A stretch of 64,000 nt of DNA from Candidatus Babelota bacterium. GTDB lineage: Bacteria; Babelota; Babeliae; Babelales; CAIQNR01. Positions 59,816 through 64,000 of the stretch are shown one piece after another. Every line of letters begins with the position of its first letter. Within the stretch, counting starts at the first letter, position 1. Both the position numbers and the translations under genes were made by a program. The stretch spans positions 32,001-96,000 of the forward strand of contig CBFHTA010000002.1 of assembly GCA_965658655.1 (NCBI GenBank). Reading direction: 5' to 3'. Under the pieces are notes generated by a model. That model ran no database searches. It was not told the origin of the DNA and was given only the letters and a program-made list of their open reading frames with translations.

Positions 59816-60525
59816 CGGTAATGAAGATCTGGGAAAAAATAAGAGATTTTACTGCTACTGCAACCACTCTGCGAGAAGACGAGACAGGGCTCTTTGTGCC
59901 TAATAGGCAAGTGAGTTGGTTGCTTTCGTTTGTATTACTGTTTGGTTTTTTAACTTTTATAACGGGTTATTTCTGGGGTCAAAGAAAAGCAATTGAACGG
60001 TTTGTAAATAAAGTAGAAGAAGAATCGTTTGCAGACAGAATTAGTTATTCACTTTATACCATGAACGACAGAGAAGTGAGTGAATTCGAAGCTCCAGATA
60101 GTGAAAATGGTCTAGGTGAATCCGAAAAAATTAACGAAGAAGGAACTGCGCAGCCATCAGTTGTTGTTGCACAAGCAGAAGTTTTACCTTCACAACAAGA
60201 ACCACCACAAACTATTCATAAACCTAATCCCACAACTGTTATGGATGAAGTTAACGAAAAACCAAAGCAGATATTTGTTGCTCCATTGGCTGGGTTTGGT
60301 ACACTACATGCTGCAAGTAGTTTTGCTCGTCGTGTGCGAAAGTTTGACTCTGATGTAAAAGTTAAAACTCGCATAAGTTCGACTCCAAAGGGTAAAAAGG
60401 TTGCATGGTATCAAGCTGTAACAGGAGAATTTGATGATCGTGAAGAACTCGAACGTATTCTCGGAAGAATAAAAACAGCTGAACATATTAAAGATATAAA
60501 GATTATTAAAAGAAGAAAGGTTTGA
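59812..60525 (+). CDS. Membrane-anchored protein with C-terminal SPOR-like domain
   Basis: TM helix, linker, LAGFG..AA..F, WYQAVTGEF. Confidence 0.6.
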   Translation: MTVMKIWEKIRDFTATATTLREDETGLFVPNRQVSWLLSFVLLFGFLTFITGYFWGQRKAIERFVNKVEEESFADRISYSLYTMNDREVSEFEAPDSENGLGESEKINEEGTAQPSVVVAQAEVLPSQQEPPQTIHKPNPTTVMDEVNEKPKQIFVAPLAGFGTLHAASSFARRVRKFDSDVKVKTRISSTPKGKKVAWYQAVTGEFDDREELERILGRIKTAEHIKDIKIIKRRKV

Positions 60526-60527
60526 GA

Positions 60528-60731
60528 GTGACAAGCACAAAGAAAGGTCAAAAAAAGCAGAATGTAATTGGTACAGGAATTTTAATAGGTGTGTTGGCGG
60601 CTCATCTTGGAGGGTTAACAGCTCCTGTTGTTTCAGCAGTAGCTAAAGCTAAATCAGCGCTGCGCAAAAAAGGTCCTAAAGCACCTTGCTGTAAATGTGC
60701 ATGCCCAGCGTGCCCCGGATCTGTTAAATAA
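60528..60731 (+). CDS. Small orphan protein: hydrophobic segment, basic tract, Cys cluster
   Basis: AAAGG RBS 7 nt before GTG 60528; ends PCCKCACPACPGSVK. Confidence 0.6.
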   Translation: MTSTKKGQKKQNVIGTGILIGVLAAHLGGLTAPVVSAVAKAKSALRKKGPKAPCCKCACPACPGSVK

Positions 60732-60756
60732 AATAGAAAAAATAGTTATTGGTCGT

Positions 60757-60837
60757 AAGCGTATTAATGAACAAGCTAAATCGGCTGAACACAGTAAAAA
60801 TATAAGAATTATTAAAAGAAAGGTTGTACGCTCATGA
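60757..60837 (+). pseudogene. Displaced duplicate 3' end of the SPOR-like gene
   Basis: Translates [26 protein letters not shown] versus ERILGRIKTAEHIKDIKIIKRRKV* at 60451-60525. Confidence 0.8.
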
Positions 60838-62786
60838 TCATTATGAAGCTACGAAAAGGACTCCAAGGACCGATTGGAAAAGGCATTCTGATCGCTCTTT
60901 TTGTAACAATGTTTGGTGGCCTTGGTTTTTCTGGTGTCATCATGCGTTTTGTAGGAGGAGGCGTAGAGGGTGTTGCTAGAGTAAACGGCTACAATATTTC
61001 AAACGGTAAGTTTCAAAGAGCAACCGAAGATGCTGATCATCAAATTAGAATGATTAGAAGTAAGTATGGTGAAAGTGCTGATCTTGTTATGCAAATAAAT
61101 GGGGTTAGTTCTAACCCTCAACAGACAGCTCTAAGTAACGTTATACAGAATGCTTTGTTAGATGAGTCTGCAGATAAAATGGGATTATACTTAGGTGCTG
61201 AGTACTTAGAGTCTCACTTAGGAAATCCTCAATTTATTTTAAATAGAATTGGCCACAAGCTTCCTCATTATGTATTCGATCAAAAGTATGGAATGAACGC
61301 AGAAGCGCTTATGCAATTTCTTAAAACTCCGCAAATGCGCGGTGTGGAGGACTCTTTGGGGGGTGACTTAAGAAGAGAATTTGGATTAATAATGATCCAA
61401 AGTGGTTTTTATCTTCCACAATTCATGCTTAAGGCAGTTTATAAAGAAGCGCATACAGCTAAAAAGTTTTCGGTTCAAACTTTTAGTTTAAGCAGTTTCT
61501 TGCAAAAAGAAAAAGCAAAAGGAATAGCCGATGAAAAGCTGGAAGCCTATTATAAGAAGCATAATCAGGTCTACGCTATTCCAGAAAAACGCTCGGGCAA
61601 CACATGGACTTTTTCAGCCGATACGTATGGTATAAAGATTACCGAAAAAGAAATTGAAAAAAGTTATGCCGACCACAAGCGCACACGTTACGTAGAAGCT
61701 CCAGCACAATTTAAAGTGCGAGAAATTGTCTTTAATAAATTAAAAGACAAAGGAGTCGTTGCTCTTAAGGAAGAAGCCGAAAAGATCTATGAAGAGGTTG
61801 AAAAGACCCCTAAGAAGTTTGCAGAAATAGCGAAGAAAGTTTCTCAATCTGCGACAGCGAGCAAGGGCGGCTTAGTAGAGTTCTTTAAACGTGGAACAAA
61901 AGACAAAGCCTATGAAAAAGCGGTTGTTCGGTTAAAAAAAGATGAAGCTATTTCTCCTGTCACTCAAATGGCAGATGGAAGCTTTGTAATTATACAGCGT
62001 GTTGCTCGTAAAGAAGCTACCTATAAAGCTCTGGGGCAGGTAAAAGAAAATATTGTAAAGTCTCTTAAAGAACAAAAGTTTAGAACTCGATTTTCTAAAG
62101 AGGCTGATCGGGTGGTAAAGAGTAGCGATAAAGCGTTGCTTGAAAAATTCATTAAAGAGCATGGCGGCAAAAAAGACACTGTTGGGCCGACAGAGCGTTC
62201 TGGAGAAGGATTCGGGCGTCGTCTGTTTATTTTGAAAAAAGATGGCCAATCAATGTCATTCTTGCAGGATGGCAAAGGTACTATTTTGACCCTTACTAAA
62301 AAAGAAGCTAAAAAATTCCCTGCACTTTCTAAGGTTAAAGACCAGGTAAAAGAAGATTATTTTGAGAAAAAAGCTACTGATGCCCTTAAATCTCAGATGG
62401 AAAATGCTCGCTCAAAGGCGATTGCTTCAGGTAATTTAGTTCCCTTTGAGGGAGGAAAAATAAGCTCAACCGGTTTAATTCAACCTACTAATACCGAAAA
62501 AATAAAGGAACTTACCAATAAAGGTTACCCTCACGGGTTTATGAGTCTTGATTGGGAAGGTGCAGTCGTTTCAAGCTTAAATAAAGATGGCGCTGTGGTA
62601 ATAAGGCTGGATGAGGTAGAGGAAATAGATAAAACACTCTACGCAGCAGCGAAGCGTAAGCTCCATAAAGATGCATTTAAGCGATTTGGACAAGGTTTTG
62701 CGACCTCCTATATTGCTTCTTTGTATAGAAATGCTACAATTAAAGTCAATGATCAATTGGCGCAATTGAAAGAAGTACAGCTATGA
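60834..62786 (+). CDS. SurA/PpiD-like periplasmic chaperone-PPIase
   Basis: N-terminal anchor, VARVNG, parvulin-like [16 protein letters not shown]. Confidence 0.8.
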   Translation: MIIMKLRKGLQGPIGKGILIALFVTMFGGLGFSGVIMRFVGGGVEGVARVNGYNISNGKFQRATEDADHQIRMIRSKYGESADLVMQINGVSSNPQQTALSNVIQNALLDESADKMGLYLGAEYLESHLGNPQFILNRIGHKLPHYVFDQKYGMNAEALMQFLKTPQMRGVEDSLGGDLRREFGLIMIQSGFYLPQFMLKAVYKEAHTAKKFSVQTFSLSSFLQKEKAKGIADEKLEAYYKKHNQVYAIPEKRSGNTWTFSADTYGIKITEKEIEKSYADHKRTRYVEAPAQFKVREIVFNKLKDKGVVALKEEAEKIYEEVEKTPKKFAEIAKKVSQSATASKGGLVEFFKRGTKDKAYEKAVVRLKKDEAISPVTQMADGSFVIIQRVARKEATYKALGQVKENIVKSLKEQKFRTRFSKEADRVVKSSDKALLEKFIKEHGGKKDTVGPTERSGEGFGRRLFILKKDGQSMSFLQDGKGTILTLTKKEAKKFPALSKVKDQVKEDYFEKKATDALKSQMENARSKAIASGNLVPFEGGKISSTGLIQPTNTEKIKELTNKGYPHGFMSLDWEGAVVSSLNKDGAVVIRLDEVEEIDKTLYAAAKRKLHKDAFKRFGQGFATSYIASLYRNATIKVNDQLAQLKEVQL

Positions 62787-63847
62787 AAAGAAAAACAACC
62801 GCAGCTAAAGCAGCAAAAAACGTAGAATCTCTAGATGGAAGCATTAAAAGTGGGACCTCTGAGGTAAAGCAAAAGGCTCTCGAGGTGACCTTTGCTCAAA
62901 TCGACAAGCAGTATGGAAAAGGTGCTGTTATGTTGCTGGGGCAATCGCCAAACTCTGAAGTTAAAAAGATTTCGACAGGTTCAATACTAATCGATAAAGC
63001 TTTAGGTGGTGGAATGCCGGTTGGTCGTGTAATTGAAGTATACGGACCAGAAGCTTCGGGTAAAACAACATTGGCATTGCACACAATTGCTCAAGCACAA
63101 CGTCAAGGTGGAATTTGCGCCTTTATCGATGCTGAGCATGCACTTGATCCTGGGCATGCAAAAAATCTTGGAATCAATGTTGATGATTTAATTATCTCTC
63201 AACCTGATTACGGAGAGCAGGCTCTTGATATTGCTGAAATGTTAGTAAGGTCTGGTGCGGTTGACATTATTGTAATTGATTCCGTTGCTGCTCTTGTTCC
63301 AAAGGCAGAACTGGATGGTGATATGGGAGATACGCATGTAGGTTTACAAGCGCGTCTTATGTCGCAGGCGTTACGTAAATTAACTCCTGTGATTCATAAA
63401 TCAAAGACAGTTGTGATTTTTATTAATCAGATTCGTCAAACGATTAATAGCCTTCCATTTGCTAATAAAGAAACAACAAGTGGCGGTAACGCATTAAAGT
63501 TTTATGCTTCTCTGCGTATCGATGTGCGTCGTATTGCGGCATTACGTAAGAATGATGTGCATGTAGGTAACAGAGTTGCAGTGAAGATTGTTAAAAACAA
63601 AGTTGCTCCACCGTTTAAACGTGTAGAGTTAGACTTGTTGTTTAACGAAGGTATTAGTCGCGAGCTCGATCTTTTAGATGCTTCTATTTTTTACAACGTG
63701 ATTTCACAATCAGGAGCATGGTTTGCTTATGAAGACAAAAAGATTGCGCAAGGGCGTGAGCAAGCATTGCACTTTTTAAAAGATAATAAAGAAATTGCTG
63801 ATGCAATTAGAACTAAAGTGAACGAAGCAATACAGGCTTCTGTATAA
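62783..63847 (+). CDS. recA: Recombinase RecA
   Basis: [37 protein letters not shown]. Confidence 0.99.
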   Translation: MKRKTTAAKAAKNVESLDGSIKSGTSEVKQKALEVTFAQIDKQYGKGAVMLLGQSPNSEVKKISTGSILIDKALGGGMPVGRVIEVYGPEASGKTTLALHTIAQAQRQGGICAFIDAEHALDPGHAKNLGINVDDLIISQPDYGEQALDIAEMLVRSGAVDIIVIDSVAALVPKAELDGDMGDTHVGLQARLMSQALRKLTPVIHKSKTVVIFINQIRQTINSLPFANKETTSGGNALKFYASLRIDVRRIAALRKNDVHVGNRVAVKIVKNKVAPPFKRVELDLLFNEGISRELDLLDASIFYNVISQSGAWFAYEDKKIAQGREQALHFLKDNKEIADAIRTKVNEAIQASV

Positions 63848-63865
63848 AGCTAGGAACGAATTATT

Positions 63866-64000
63866 ATGAGAAAGGGTTCAAACCCCCAACAAGACAATCA
63901 ACGAAGCTATTAAGGCTCGTGATGTTCAACTGATTACCGAAGAAGGAGAAAATCTGGGACAAGTTTCTCGCGATGAAGCGCTTGAGCGTGCTCAACGTGT
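63866..64000 (+). CDS. infC: Translation initiation factor IF-3 (partial; start out of frame)
   Basis: INEAIKARDVQLITEEGENLGQVSRDEAL from 63897; the upstream ATG is one base out of frame. Confidence 0.85.

Overview
AT-rich bacterial chromosome segment. It most resembles an intracellular protist-associated lineage such as Ca. Dependentiae/Babelota (TM6); this is inferred from the gene repertoire and the many orphan signal-peptide proteins. The housekeeping backbone is grpE, lepA, gyrA, an RRM protein, dprA, rpmF, gltX, a fabD-like gene, uppP, ftsK, murF, rsmH, spoVG, tRNA-Gln, maf, hspR, ychF, dnaK, typA, carD, miaA, a SurA/PpiD-like gene, recA and the start of infC. Orphan, mostly secreted genes are interleaved with it. 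The most striking pattern recurs at several independent loci: an orphan gene sits between the intact 3' end of a resident gene and a second, decaying copy of that same 3' end. It is clear at dprA (three tail copies), a SPOR-like gene and a flippase-like gene, with weaker traces at typA and ftsK. No integrase or transposase is present in the window, which suggests gene-tail-replacing cassette insertion. Other points of interest are a secreted protein carrying eukaryotic signalling-type short motifs, a Josephin-like secreted peptidase, a LepA with mitochondrial GUF1-like signatures, a FabD lacking its catalytic residues, two structured intergenic RNA candidates, a HAIR-like operator at dnaK and a frameshifted infC start.
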